From an uncultured Spirochaetaceae bacterium (lineage in GTDB: Bacteria > Myxococcota_A > UBA9160 > UBA4427), in contig CAZETS010000012.1 in assembly GCA_964515335.1 (NCBI GenBank), forward strand, positions 19,974-83,973: a stretch of DNA of 64,000 bases, written 5' to 3'. Made by a program: the position numbers and the translations under genes. Shown here one piece after another: positions 29,773 through 39,210 of the stretch (its first letter is position 1; each line of letters begins with the position of its first letter). The notes beneath the pieces were generated by a model, which saw only the letters and a program-made list of their open reading frames with translations, was not told the origin of the DNA and ran no database searches.

Positions 29773-30882
29773 ATGAGCGTGGCCAAGCTGCGCGTGGGTC
29801 TGCTGTTCGGCGGGCGATCGGTGGAGCACGAGGTCTCGATCGCGTCGGCGACGTCGATCCTGCAGGCCCTCGACCCGGAGCGCTACGACGTGTCGCTGAT
29901 CGCCGTCGATCCCGACGGCCGCTGGCGCCTCGGCGCGGGGGCCGCGCTGCTGCCCTCGGGATCGATCGAGGGCAGCGAGGTAGTGCTGCCCGCTGCCCCG
30001 GGCGGCGGCGCCCTGCTTCCCGTCGACCGCGACGAAGACGCCATCAAGGAGACGCCCGCACTCGACGTCGTCTTCCCGATCGTGCACGGACGCGGCGGCG
30101 AGGACGGCACGCTACAGGGCCTGCTCGAGCTCGCCGACGTGCCGTATGTGGGCTCGAGCGTGCTGAGCTCGGCGGTGCAGATGGACAAAGACATCGCCAA
30201 GCGGCTGCTCGCCGCCGCCGGCCTGCCGGTCCTGCCGTGGGTGGCGCTGCGCTCGAGCAGCCTCGCCGACGGCGGCGCCGAGGAGGTCGCGCGGTCGATC
30301 GTCCGCGAGCTCGGGCTGCCGGTGTTCGTCAAGCCGGCCAACTCCGGCTCTTCGGTGGGCATCACCAGGGCCGCGAGCGAGAGCGAACTCGTCGCCTCGC
30401 TCCACGAGGCTGCGCGCTACGACGACAAGATCATCGCCGAGCGCGGCGTGGACGCGCGCGAGATCGAGGTCGCCGTGCTCGGCAACGAGAGCCCCGAGGC
30501 GTCGGTGCCCGGCGAGATCATTCCGCACCACGAGTTCTACGACTACGAGGCGAAGTACCACGACGAGTCGACCGAGCTGGCGATTCCCGCGGACCTGCCC
30601 GAGGAGGTCTCGAAGAGGCTTCGCGGCGTGGCGATCGAGGCCTACCGGGCCCTGGACGCGGAGGGCATGGCGCGGGTGGATTTTCTCGTGGAGGAAGGCT
30701 CCATCTGGATCAACGAGCTGAACAGCCTGCCGGGCTTCACCGACGGGTCGATGTATCCGCGGCTCTGGGAGGCGAGCGGACTGCCCTACACGGCCCTGCT
30801 CGACCGGCTGATCGAGCTCGCCATCGAGCGCCACGCGCGTCGCTCGAACCTCGAGACGCGCTATCGGCGCTCGGGCGGCTGA
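29773..30882 (+). CDS. ddl: D-alanine--D-alanine ligase
   Basis: FGGRSVEHEVS, HGRGGEDG, VKPANSGSSVG, FYDYEAKY, NELNSLPG. Confidence 0.95.
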   Translation: MSVAKLRVGLLFGGRSVEHEVSIASATSILQALDPERYDVSLIAVDPDGRWRLGAGAALLPSGSIEGSEVVLPAAPGGGALLPVDRDEDAIKETPALDVVFPIVHGRGGEDGTLQGLLELADVPYVGSSVLSSAVQMDKDIAKRLLAAAGLPVLPWVALRSSSLADGGAEEVARSIVRELGLPVFVKPANSGSSVGITRAASESELVASLHEAARYDDKIIAERGVDAREIEVAVLGNESPEASVPGEIIPHHEFYDYEAKYHDESTELAIPADLPEEVSKRLRGVAIEAYRALDAEGMARVDFLVEEGSIWINELNSLPGFTDGSMYPRLWEASGLPYTALLDRLIELAIERHARRSNLETRYRRSGG

Positions 30883-30904
30883 GCGGCAGGCCGGGCGCTC
30901 GTCG

Positions 30905-32374
30905 CTACTCGTCGCCCCACTTGCGATTGGCGGGCCGGGCCGGCTGCTGCGGTGCGGCGGCCTTGTTGGGGCTCGGCACCACGTAGCCCAGCGCGCGCAG
31001 CTGGGCGGCGTGCATCTCGTCGACATCGATCTCCGGCGTCGACCCCCAGGCGACGCCGCCTTCGAAGAACTCCTCGAGGTCGCCGCGAAGCTCGCCCCGG
31101 ACGTCCGCACGGCGACCGGCCAGGTTTCGCTGCTCACTCGGGTCGACCGACTTGTCGTACAGCTCGAGTCGATTCGGCGGGCGCAGCTGGTGGAGCATCC
31201 GGAAGTCCTTCTTCACGATCGACACCAGCGGGTCGGGCTCGCTGCCCGTGCGGCCCCAGGTGCGATCGAGCTGTGCGAACACGGGCCGGTTCGCGAGGTC
31301 TTCCGGCACCTCGCGCAGCCCGGCGGCGGCCTCGATGAGCGGCACCAGCGAGCGCCCCTCGGCATCCGGCAGAGGCGGCAGCCCCAGCAAGTCGAGCACG
31401 GTCGGCCAGATGTCGACGTTGGCCACGCGCTGCTCGACGACGAGGCCAGGCGAGAGCGACACCGGCGGGGCGATGATGAGCGGCACCTCCTGCACCTCGC
31501 CGTAGAGATTGCGCGCGTGCCCCTCCCCGCCGTGCTCGAAGAACGCCTCGCCGTGATCCGAGGCGACGATGATCCACGTCTCGTCGAGCAGCCCCGCCTG
31601 ACGGAGAACGTCGACGAGCAGCCCGATGTTCCTGTCCGTCCAGTGGATCGAGCTGTCGTAGATGTCGGAGAAGCCGGACCCGAACTCCGGGGACGTGTCG
31701 GCGTAGACGTACTGGTGGACGTCCATGTAGTGGGCGTACAGGAAGAAGGGCGCGTCTCCGACGCCGACCACGAACTCCGAGGCCGATTCGGTGATATCGA
31801 GATCGGTGCCCGTCAACGAGTGCGCGGAGGGATTGGGCCGGCGCACGTTTCCGACGGGCCGGTTCTTGAGCGGCCGGTAGTAGAGGTCGAAGCCCTGGTC
31901 GAAGCCGAAGTTGTTGGCCACCCAGCCGTTGCGCCAGACACCGGCCGTCCGGTAGCCGGCCTCTCGGAAAACCTCGGCGGGCAGCAGCGCCTCGGGCGGC
32001 AGCGCGTGCGGGAAGCGCATCACTCCCGTGCGCTGCGGATAGAGCCCCGTCCACAGCGACGCCATCGAGGCCTTCGTCCAGCTGCTCTGGCTCTCCACGT
32101 GCGCGAAGCGGATGCCGCGCGCCGCCAGCGCGTCGAGGTTGGGACTGGTGGGGCGCTGATAGCCGTAGGCCGAGAGGCGGTCGGCGCGCAGCGTGTCGAT
32201 CAGGATGAAGACGACGTTGTATCGCCCCTGGTCCCGCAGGGCGAGCACGTCCTCGACACCGCCCGCCGGCGCCTCGACGTCGACGCGGCGAAACTGCGAA
32301 AAAACCCCGGCCACGAGCAACAGCGCAGCCAGCCCGAAGTAGAGCCAGGATGATTTCAGCAGCTTGCCGAACAC
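30905..32374 (-). CDS. Membrane-anchored sulfatase-like (alkaline phosphatase superfamily) protein
   Basis: IDTLRAD, SSWTKASMAS, HYMDVH, SDHGE, C-terminal LRALGY. Confidence 0.85.
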   Translation of the reverse strand: MFGKLLKSSWLYFGLAALLLVAGVFSQFRRVDVEAPAGGVEDVLALRDQGRYNVVFILIDTLRADRLSAYGYQRPTSPNLDALAARGIRFAHVESQSSWTKASMASLWTGLYPQRTGVMRFPHALPPEALLPAEVFREAGYRTAGVWRNGWVANNFGFDQGFDLYYRPLKNRPVGNVRRPNPSAHSLTGTDLDITESASEFVVGVGDAPFFLYAHYMDVHQYVYADTSPEFGSGFSDIYDSSIHWTDRNIGLLVDVLRQAGLLDETWIIVASDHGEAFFEHGGEGHARNLYGEVQEVPLIIAPPVSLSPGLVVEQRVANVDIWPTVLDLLGLPPLPDAEGRSLVPLIEAAAGLREVPEDLANRPVFAQLDRTWGRTGSEPDPLVSIVKKDFRMLHQLRPPNRLELYDKSVDPSEQRNLAGRRADVRGELRGDLEEFFEGGVAWGSTPEIDVDEMHAAQLRALGYVVPSPNKAAAPQQPARPANRKWGDE

Positions 32375-32565
32375 TCAGCGGGCCTCCGTGGGATTACTCG
32401 GCGCCGCGAGCAGCCCTCGCCTCGTGGCCCTCGAATCGGACATCGGTCGCCGGAGCTTATCCGAAAAGACGCCACGGCCCACGATCGGGTGGCAGCCGGC
32501 ACCGGAGCAGAACCACCGGCGCCCCGCCAGGGAGGCAACCCGCGGGTCGAGGATGAGGATCGAGC

Positions 32566-32601
32566 AAAAAAAAGGGCGGCCACCCTTGCGGGTGGCCGCC
32601 C
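32566..32601 (-). terminator. Rho-independent terminator of the PEP-CTERM gene
   Basis: Perfect 12-bp stem GGGCGGCCACCC, GCAA tetraloop, then 8 U on the minus strand. Confidence 0.92.
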
Positions 32602-32636
32602 GACTCAGCTCGATTACGAACTCAAGTCTTCGCGGA

Positions 32637-33605
32637 TCAGCCCTTCATCCGCTTGCGGCCGATGAAGATCAGGCCAGCCGCACCGGACACCAGGAGCAGC
32701 ACCGTTCCCGGCTCGGGCACGAAGACGAACTTCTTCGTCAGCACGGCGGGAATGTTGCCAACGCCGAGCGCGCCCGTATTGATGCGAACGGGCGAGATCA
32801 GCGTGACCATGCCGCCGGCCGAGGCCGACGCCAGGACGTTGGTGCCACCGAGGGTCACCGTCATCTGGGTCGAAATCGGTCCGGTCGCCATGGTGCTGCG
32901 CCAACCGTTTGCCGTGGTGAACGTACGAACCGTCTCGGTGCCGGCCGGAGCCAGCGTCACGCCCACACCCTGGACGACGCCGCCACCGCGAGCGACCTCG
33001 AGCAGGTTCGTGGTAACGGCCGTGATGCGGGCCTTACCAGTGATGAACGGAGCGAAGGTCGCGACGATGCCACCGAAGCCGAGCGAGCCACTGCCACCGA
33101 TGCCGGCGAGGCCGGTCAGTGCGAACGCGGGGTTCAGGGTGGCGCCAATGCCGAGCACGATCTGACCGTTGATGCCCTCCGAGCCGCCGAGGCAGCCAGT
33201 GGGGCAGAGCGTGCCCGAGTTCGGGGTCGACAGGGGCGGGAGCTGGAGACCACCCAGCGGGTTCGCCGCGCTGAACGCAGCCGTGAGCGCGCCGGTCTGG
33301 TTGGTCGCCGTCAGAGTCAGGCGATCGAGCAGCGCAACACCGGTGAGCAGCGAGGTGCCGACCGAGTTACCCGCCGTCACCCAGATGCTGGCCGTGTCCG
33401 CCAAGTCGTGACCACCGCCGTTGTTCGTGAGCGTCGCCCAGCCGCCGTGCTGATACGTGCCGTTCACCGTAATGGTGGGCAGGCCGCCGAGGTTGAACTT
33501 GAGCGTACTGTCGAGCGGTAGGAAGATACCCGCCGACGCGGTCGAGGAGACCGCGCTCAACATGCCAACCGCAGCAACGAGACCGAGTAACTTGCGTAAC
33601 ATCAC
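32637..33605 (-). CDS. PEP-CTERM sorting-domain surface protein
   Basis: Signal peptide ending TASA; Gly/Thr-rich body; C-terminal VPEPGT + TM helix + RKRMK; AAGGGA RBS. Start at 33605 or 33602. Confidence 0.93.
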   Translation of the reverse strand: MMLRKLLGLVAAVGMLSAVSSTASAGIFLPLDSTLKFNLGGLPTITVNGTYQHGGWATLTNNGGGHDLADTASIWVTAGNSVGTSLLTGVALLDRLTLTATNQTGALTAAFSAANPLGGLQLPPLSTPNSGTLCPTGCLGGSEGINGQIVLGIGATLNPAFALTGLAGIGGSGSLGFGGIVATFAPFITGKARITAVTTNLLEVARGGGVVQGVGVTLAPAGTETVRTFTTANGWRSTMATGPISTQMTVTLGGTNVLASASAGGMVTLISPVRINTGALGVGNIPAVLTKKFVFVPEPGTVLLLVSGAAGLIFIGRKRMKG

Positions 33606-33667
33606 TAGGTTCCCTTTCTGTGTTTTCCTGGAGTCCTGCTTCCGGTCCTGCTGGTTGTTGCCGTTGC

Positions 33668-33725
33668 TCGCCTTACTAGATGCCGACTTACTAGATGTCG
33701 CCTTACTGATGTCGCCTTACTGATG
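33668..33725. repeat. Four tandem 14-15 bp repeats upstream of the PEP-CTERM gene
   Basis: tcgccttactagatg / ccgacttactagatg / tcgccttactgatg / tcgccttactgatg. Confidence 0.9.
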
Positions 33726-34244
33726 TGAGTGCCCAGCAAGGGGTAGGACGTGGCACAAAGAGTAGATCGATCAGGTCGAATCGGTCTAGCTCATCCGATC
33801 CGGCTGTTTTCTGCTGCTCCTGCTCTTGCTTTCTGCTGTCCTCAGATCCCGCTCGGCACCCGCCACAGCCTCCGCCGGCCCCGCAAGAAGGGCCGCCAAC
33901 TCCATTGGCACGACCACTTTCACCCGCCGAGGGCACGCATGTCCAGCATTTTTTCACTCACGCCGCTCGAATTTTTTTCTCGGCCGGAGCGCGAAGATGC
34001 CCTCGGGGGAACGGCCTGGTACAAGATTCACTCCGCGGGAAGATCCGCACCGCATTTCCCGGGGGGCCATGAGCCGGGCCGGCCGGCGCGGTGTCGCTCG
34101 AATGGGTGAGTTCACCTCTGCGGCCGAAATGGCCACCCACGCTCGATCAGGCGACCCGCTGGACTGCTTCGACTGGCTTGGAAGGCCCCTTCGATCCCTT
34201 ATTCTCCCGCGTCACCCGCGCAGGCCCGGAGACACACGCGCCCC

Positions 34245-36677
34245 ATGGACTCCGCACACCACACCAACCGCTTCCGCTTCGCTCCCGGAAAGTTCCACGG
34301 CGCCCACCGGGTCGCCGGAGTGCTGCTCGGCGCACTCGTGCCGCTGCTCCTCGCGCTCGGCTGCGGGGGCACCGAGTCGCGGCTCGAGGAGGTCCGCTCC
34401 CTGCAGGAAGCCGGACAGTTCGACCCCTCGATCGCTCCACTCCGGCGTCTTCTCGCCGACGAGCCCGACCACGCCGAGGCGAACTTCCGCCTCGGCATCG
34501 CGCTGCGCCAGACCGGCAGGCCGAGCCTCGCGGTGTGGCCCCTGCAGAAGGCAAGCGACAGCGACGAGTACGCGGTACAGGCCGGGTTGCTGCTCGCCAG
34601 CACGCTGGCCGCCAACCAGGGCTACCAGGAAGCGATCCGGGCGGCCTCCAAGGTGGTTGCCATCGAGCCCGCCAACCTGGCCGCCCTGCACACGCGCGGT
34701 CAGGCATACCTGAGTGCCGGGCAGCCCGATCTGGCCCTGACCGACGCCGAGAAGATTCTCGAGATCAACGCCAGCGATCATCAGGCCGCCCTGCTGCGGG
34801 GCAGCGCGCTGATCGATCTCGATCGGGCCGAGGAGGCGGAGGTCACCTTCAAGCAGCTCGCCAGCGAAGCCGAAGCGGGCGGCAACACGGAAAACGCCGC
34901 GCGCAAGTGCGCCGCACTAGCCACCTTCTACCGGTCCCAGAAGGACGACGCCCGCGCCCGGGAGACCTACGAGCAGTGCATCGAGAAGCACCCCGCGCAT
35001 GCGCTGCTGCAGCAGTGGGTCGCCGACTTCTACGTCGACATCGGCGAGCCCGATCTCGCCATCGACGTCTGGCGCAAGGCCGCCGAAGCGACTCCGGAGA
35101 ACCTCGGGCTGCGTGCCAAGCTCGCCGACCTGCTCTACGGCCAGGGCGAGGTCGACGAGGCCCGCGCCGTCCTCACCGAGAGCGTCGAGCTGTTCGACAC
35201 CCCCGAGTCGTGGCGGATGCTCGCGAGCTTCCACCGCAAGAACGGCGATCCCCAGGCGGCGCGCGAGGCCCTCGAGCAGGCGATGGACCGCACCCGCAAC
35301 GTGTCGGCCCCGATGCGTTTCGCGCTCGCCGACATGCTGATCGAGGAGGGCGCCTACGAGCGCGCCCAACAGATCGCCGACGGCCTCGACGAGCCCGCCT
35401 ACAAGCATCTGCTCCAGGGCGCGGTCCTGCTCAAGCAGGGCGACGCCAGGGCCGCGCTCGAGAGCTTCGAAGCGGGCCTGCGCCTCTGGCCCAACAACGC
35501 GGGCGCACGCTACCTCGCCGGCCGCGCCGCCCAGGAGCTGGGCGACCGCGACCGAGCCCTCGGCGAGTACCGCGAGGCGGTTCGCGTGGGCGAAGAGGAA
35601 ACCGACGCCGCGCTCCGCCTGGCCGAGCTGCACTTCTCGCACGGCGAGCTCGTGAGCGCCCAGCAGTTCGCCGAGCGTCACATCCGCAAGCGGCCGTACG
35701 TGGAGCCCAGCGCCCACGTCATCGCGGCCCGCGCCGCGGCGTCACTCGGCCGCAGCGACCGCGCCGAGACGCTGCTCAACAACCTCCGGGTCAAGGACCC
35801 GAAGAACCCCACCTCCTACGTCGAGTTCGCCGCGATCCGCCGGCGCAACAGCGGTCCGCTCGCCGCCCTCGAGATCATCGAGGGGAGCGGCCTCGACATG
35901 ACCGACCCCGCCAACGTCGACGCGATCCGGGCGGCGGCGGGTGACTACTTCAGCCTCGACCGCGGCGAAGATGCCGTCGCGCTCGTCGCGGCGGCCGTGA
36001 ACGCGCACCCGGACTCGGCGGAACTCCTCGACCTGAAGGGTCGCGTGCTGCTGCGCGTCGGTCGCAACGCCGAGGCCGCGAAGGCATTCGAGACAGCCCT
36101 CGCCGCCGACGCCGACTTCGCTCCGGCGCTCGAAGCCGTGGCAACGATGAAGCGCACCGCCGGCGACCTCGACGGCGCCATCGTGCTCTACGAGCGCGCA
36201 GCCGCCGCCGACGAGACGCGCGCCGAGGCGCAGTACCTGGCGGCACAGACGCAGCTCATGAAGGGCGACCAGGAGGCGGCGCAGCGGCTGCTGAAATCGG
36301 CCCTGGCCCGGGATCCGTCGCACGTCGGCGCCAACAACGACCTGGCGTGGCTGCTGGCCAGCTCCGGCCAGCAGCTCGACCGGGCGCTCAGCCTCGCGGA
36401 GCGGGCCGTGCGCGTCGGACCGAGCGCCGACACCCTCGACACGCTGGGCTACGTGCACCTCGAGAGAGGCGACCCGGCCGCGGCGGTGAGCGCGCTCGGC
36501 AAGGCCCTCGAGGCACGCCCCGACTCGCCCTCCATCGAGTACCGCCTGGGCGTCGCCCTGGCGGCGACGGGCGACAAGGAGAAGGCGCGAGCGGTTCTCA
36601 CGCGAGCGCTCGAGCGCCCCGGGTTCCCGGAGGCCGAGGCGGCACGGGCCCAGCTCGCGAGCCTGCAGGGCTCTTAG
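34245..36677 (+). CDS. Large TPR-repeat lipoprotein (PrsT-like by context)
   Basis: Lipobox LALGC; serial TPRs; C-terminal NNDLAWLLA...DTLDTLGYV...YRLG. Start uncertain. Confidence 0.85.
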   Translation: MDSAHHTNRFRFAPGKFHGAHRVAGVLLGALVPLLLALGCGGTESRLEEVRSLQEAGQFDPSIAPLRRLLADEPDHAEANFRLGIALRQTGRPSLAVWPLQKASDSDEYAVQAGLLLASTLAANQGYQEAIRAASKVVAIEPANLAALHTRGQAYLSAGQPDLALTDAEKILEINASDHQAALLRGSALIDLDRAEEAEVTFKQLASEAEAGGNTENAARKCAALATFYRSQKDDARARETYEQCIEKHPAHALLQQWVADFYVDIGEPDLAIDVWRKAAEATPENLGLRAKLADLLYGQGEVDEARAVLTESVELFDTPESWRMLASFHRKNGDPQAAREALEQAMDRTRNVSAPMRFALADMLIEEGAYERAQQIADGLDEPAYKHLLQGAVLLKQGDARAALESFEAGLRLWPNNAGARYLAGRAAQELGDRDRALGEYREAVRVGEEETDAALRLAELHFSHGELVSAQQFAERHIRKRPYVEPSAHVIAARAAASLGRSDRAETLLNNLRVKDPKNPTSYVEFAAIRRRNSGPLAALEIIEGSGLDMTDPANVDAIRAAAGDYFSLDRGEDAVALVAAAVNAHPDSAELLDLKGRVLLRVGRNAEAAKAFETALAADADFAPALEAVATMKRTAGDLDGAIVLYERAAAADETRAEAQYLAAQTQLMKGDQEAAQRLLKSALARDPSHVGANNDLAWLLASSGQQLDRALSLAERAVRVGPSADTLDTLGYVHLERGDPAAAVSALGKALEARPDSPSIEYRLGVALAATGDKEKARAVLTRALERPGFPEAEAARAQLASLQGS

Positions 36678-36687
36678 GCCGGGGCTG

Positions 36688-39201
36688 GTGGCGCGAGCGA
36701 GCGCAGGGGCGAGGCGGCTGCGCGTCGGCCGTGTCGCCGGGCTGTCGTCGATGGCCCTGCTGCTGTCGACGGTGCTCGTCTCCGGCTGCGGGCTGGGACA
36801 GGACCGCGTCGAGCGACACCTGGCCCGGGCCTACGAACTCCTCGAGGAGGGACAGAGCCGCGAGGCGCTGCTCGAGCTTCGCGCGGCCTCGCAGCTGAGA
36901 CCCGGCGATCCCGCGCTGACCCTGCGCGTCGCCGAGGTCGCCGCGAGCCACGGCCACCTCGACGAGGCGATCGAGTACTACGGCGACGCCCACGCCCTCG
37001 ATCCGAGCGACGACGCAACGACGCTCGCCTACGCGCGGCTACTGATCGGGGACGACCCGGAGCGTTCGGCCGCCCTCGTCGACGCCCTGCTCGAGCGGGA
37101 GCCACGACACGTCCGCGCCCTTCTGGTGAAGGCCGACGGGCTGCTCGCGGCCGGCAACGTGCAGGAGGCCCGGCGCCTCGTCGAGCTGGCACAGCGCATC
37201 GAAGCCGAGGATCCCGAGGTCGACTGGTCGCTCGCCCTGGTCCACGAGGCACGCACGCGCGCCATGCGGGCGCGTCCCGGAGTGGCCCTGCGCGATCGCC
37301 GCACCCTCGACGTGATCCTGGCCGCCTACGACCGCTACATCGAGAAGGGGGGCGAGCGCCGCGTGCTGGCAGCGCTGGGCCGCGCACGCTCCACCGGGGC
37401 CTGGACGGGCTTGCGGGCGGAGGCCACGAGCGCCTACCGCGCCGCCATCGAGCTCGCCGCCGCCGAGGGAACCCCCTACGAGATCGAGCAGGTGCTGCGC
37501 AACGCTGCCGACTACGCGAACGGCATCGGCGACCGGGCGCTCGAGCAGCTCGCCCTCCAGCAATGGGTGGAGGCATCGCCGAGTGCGATCTCGATCTGGC
37601 AGCGAATGGCCGCACTGGAAGCGGAGCAGGACGAGGAGGCCGCCCAGGCGACGTTCGAGCGCATGCTCGAGCACAACCGCGGGCGACCGGCGGCGCATGT
37701 CGCGTACGCCAGACACCTCGGCGACACGCGCGGCTATGGGGCAGCCCTCGCCCACCTCGAGAAGCAGCTCGGCCGGGGCATGGACGACGGCGCGTTGCTG
37801 AGCGGCCTCGTCGACCTGCAGCAGGCGCACGGCCGGCCGCGCGACGCGGCCCGCACGATCGAGCGAATCGAGCGCGAGTTCCCCGGCCGCGCGACCACCG
37901 CGCTGCTGATCGCACGCCATCAGATCAGCGAGACCCGCTACGAAGAGGCGGTTGCCACCCTGCGCCAGGCGTTGGCCCGGGACGACAGCGCCGAGGCCTG
38001 GCGGCTGCTCGCACGCGCCGAACTCGCGCGCCAGCACCATCAGGACGCCCTGGCGGCGATCGAGCGCGCGATCGCCCTGAGCGGCAGCCGGTCGCCCGAG
38101 AACGTCCGTCTGAAGGCGCGCATCCACGTAGCCCTCGGCCAGAACCGCAAGGCCGCCGACGCGCTGGCCCGGCTGGCGCGCTTCGAGCGGCTCACGCCGG
38201 ACGACCGGCTCATGATGGCGCGCGCCTACTACCAGTCGCACGGCGCGATCCACGGACGCCGCATCCTCGACGGCCTGCTCGCCGGACCGAACCCCCACCC
38301 GAAGGCCGCCGTCGAGCTGGCACGTTGGGAGATGGACAACCAGGACCGACGGCCGCAGGTTCTCGAGCACCTCGAGACCGCCTACCGGCGCCACCCGGCA
38401 GACATCGAGGTGCTCGAGGCGCTGACGCGCGCCGACCTCCAGAGCAACCGCGCGCGCGCCGCGCTCGCCCGGGTGACCCGGGCAATCCATCGGCGACCAC
38501 ACGAAGCGCGGCTCTACCTGATCCGAGCGCACGTCTGGCTGTCTCGGAACCGTGCGGGTGATGCCTTGCAGGACGCTCTCCGCGCCATCGAAGCCGCCCC
38601 CGAGGCAAACGACGACGCCTACGAGCTGCTCGCGCGGCTGTACCTGAGAGCGCCCGACCCGCAGCAGCCGATCCGCACGATCGAGCAGCGCGACGCGGCA
38701 GGCCTTGCGTCGGCCGACGAGATCGCACTGCTCGCCCGACTGTACCTCCAGCTCGGTGAGCGCGAGCGCGCGCGCGCCCTCTACGAGCGCGCCCTGACCG
38801 GGGGAAGCGACCTCGCCCTGCTCAAGAACGATCTCGCCTACATGCTGGCCGAGTCGGGCGAGGATCTCGAGCGGGCGCTCCGACTCGCCCGCGAGGCCAC
38901 CGACGCGCCCGGCGAGAGCCTGGCCGCCGCGGACACGCTCGGCTTCGTCTACCTGCAGTCGGGACAGTACGACGCGGCGTTCTGGCAGTTCAAGTTCGTC
39001 ACCGAGGAAGCCAGCCCGCCGGTCGCCGAGTACTGGTACCACCTCGGGCTCGCCCTCATGAAGCTCGAGCGGCGCAGCGCGGCCCGCAGCGCGCTCGACG
39101 AAGCGCTGCGCATCGCGCCCGACTACGCGCCGGCCGCGCGCGCGATGAGCGAGCTCGACGTCGCCCCGGCCCCCAGCGCATCCACCACACAGCCGTCCTG
39201 A
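36688..39201 (+). CDS. Second large TPR-repeat lipoprotein
   Basis: Lipobox VSGC; TPRs; KNDLAYMLA...DTLGFVY...YHLG. Start possibly at ATG 36751. Confidence 0.85.
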   Translation: MARASAGARRLRVGRVAGLSSMALLLSTVLVSGCGLGQDRVERHLARAYELLEEGQSREALLELRAASQLRPGDPALTLRVAEVAASHGHLDEAIEYYGDAHALDPSDDATTLAYARLLIGDDPERSAALVDALLEREPRHVRALLVKADGLLAAGNVQEARRLVELAQRIEAEDPEVDWSLALVHEARTRAMRARPGVALRDRRTLDVILAAYDRYIEKGGERRVLAALGRARSTGAWTGLRAEATSAYRAAIELAAAEGTPYEIEQVLRNAADYANGIGDRALEQLALQQWVEASPSAISIWQRMAALEAEQDEEAAQATFERMLEHNRGRPAAHVAYARHLGDTRGYGAALAHLEKQLGRGMDDGALLSGLVDLQQAHGRPRDAARTIERIEREFPGRATTALLIARHQISETRYEEAVATLRQALARDDSAEAWRLLARAELARQHHQDALAAIERAIALSGSRSPENVRLKARIHVALGQNRKAADALARLARFERLTPDDRLMMARAYYQSHGAIHGRRILDGLLAGPNPHPKAAVELARWEMDNQDRRPQVLEHLETAYRRHPADIEVLEALTRADLQSNRARAALARVTRAIHRRPHEARLYLIRAHVWLSRNRAGDALQDALRAIEAAPEANDDAYELLARLYLRAPDPQQPIRTIEQRDAAGLASADEIALLARLYLQLGERERARALYERALTGGSDLALLKNDLAYMLAESGEDLERALRLAREATDAPGESLAAADTLGFVYLQSGQYDAAFWQFKFVTEEASPPVAEYWYHLGLALMKLERRSAARSALDEALRIAPDYAPAARAMSELDVAPAPSASTTQPS

Positions 39202-39210
39202 GCCAGGGCG

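Noticed and set aside
29773-30882. Vancomycin-type D-Ala-D-Lac ligase
   Set aside because: The YDYEAKY loop is D-Ala-D-Ala type and there are no van genes nearby.
33668-33725. CRISPR array
   Set aside because: The repeats are 14-15 bp and directly adjacent, with no spacers; no cas genes in the window.
33740-34035. Sigma54 promoter for the PEP-CTERM or TPR genes (TGGCAC/TGGTAC/TGGCGG hits)
   Set aside because: None has the required GG-N10-GC spacing; the best minus-strand hit is GG-N11-GC.
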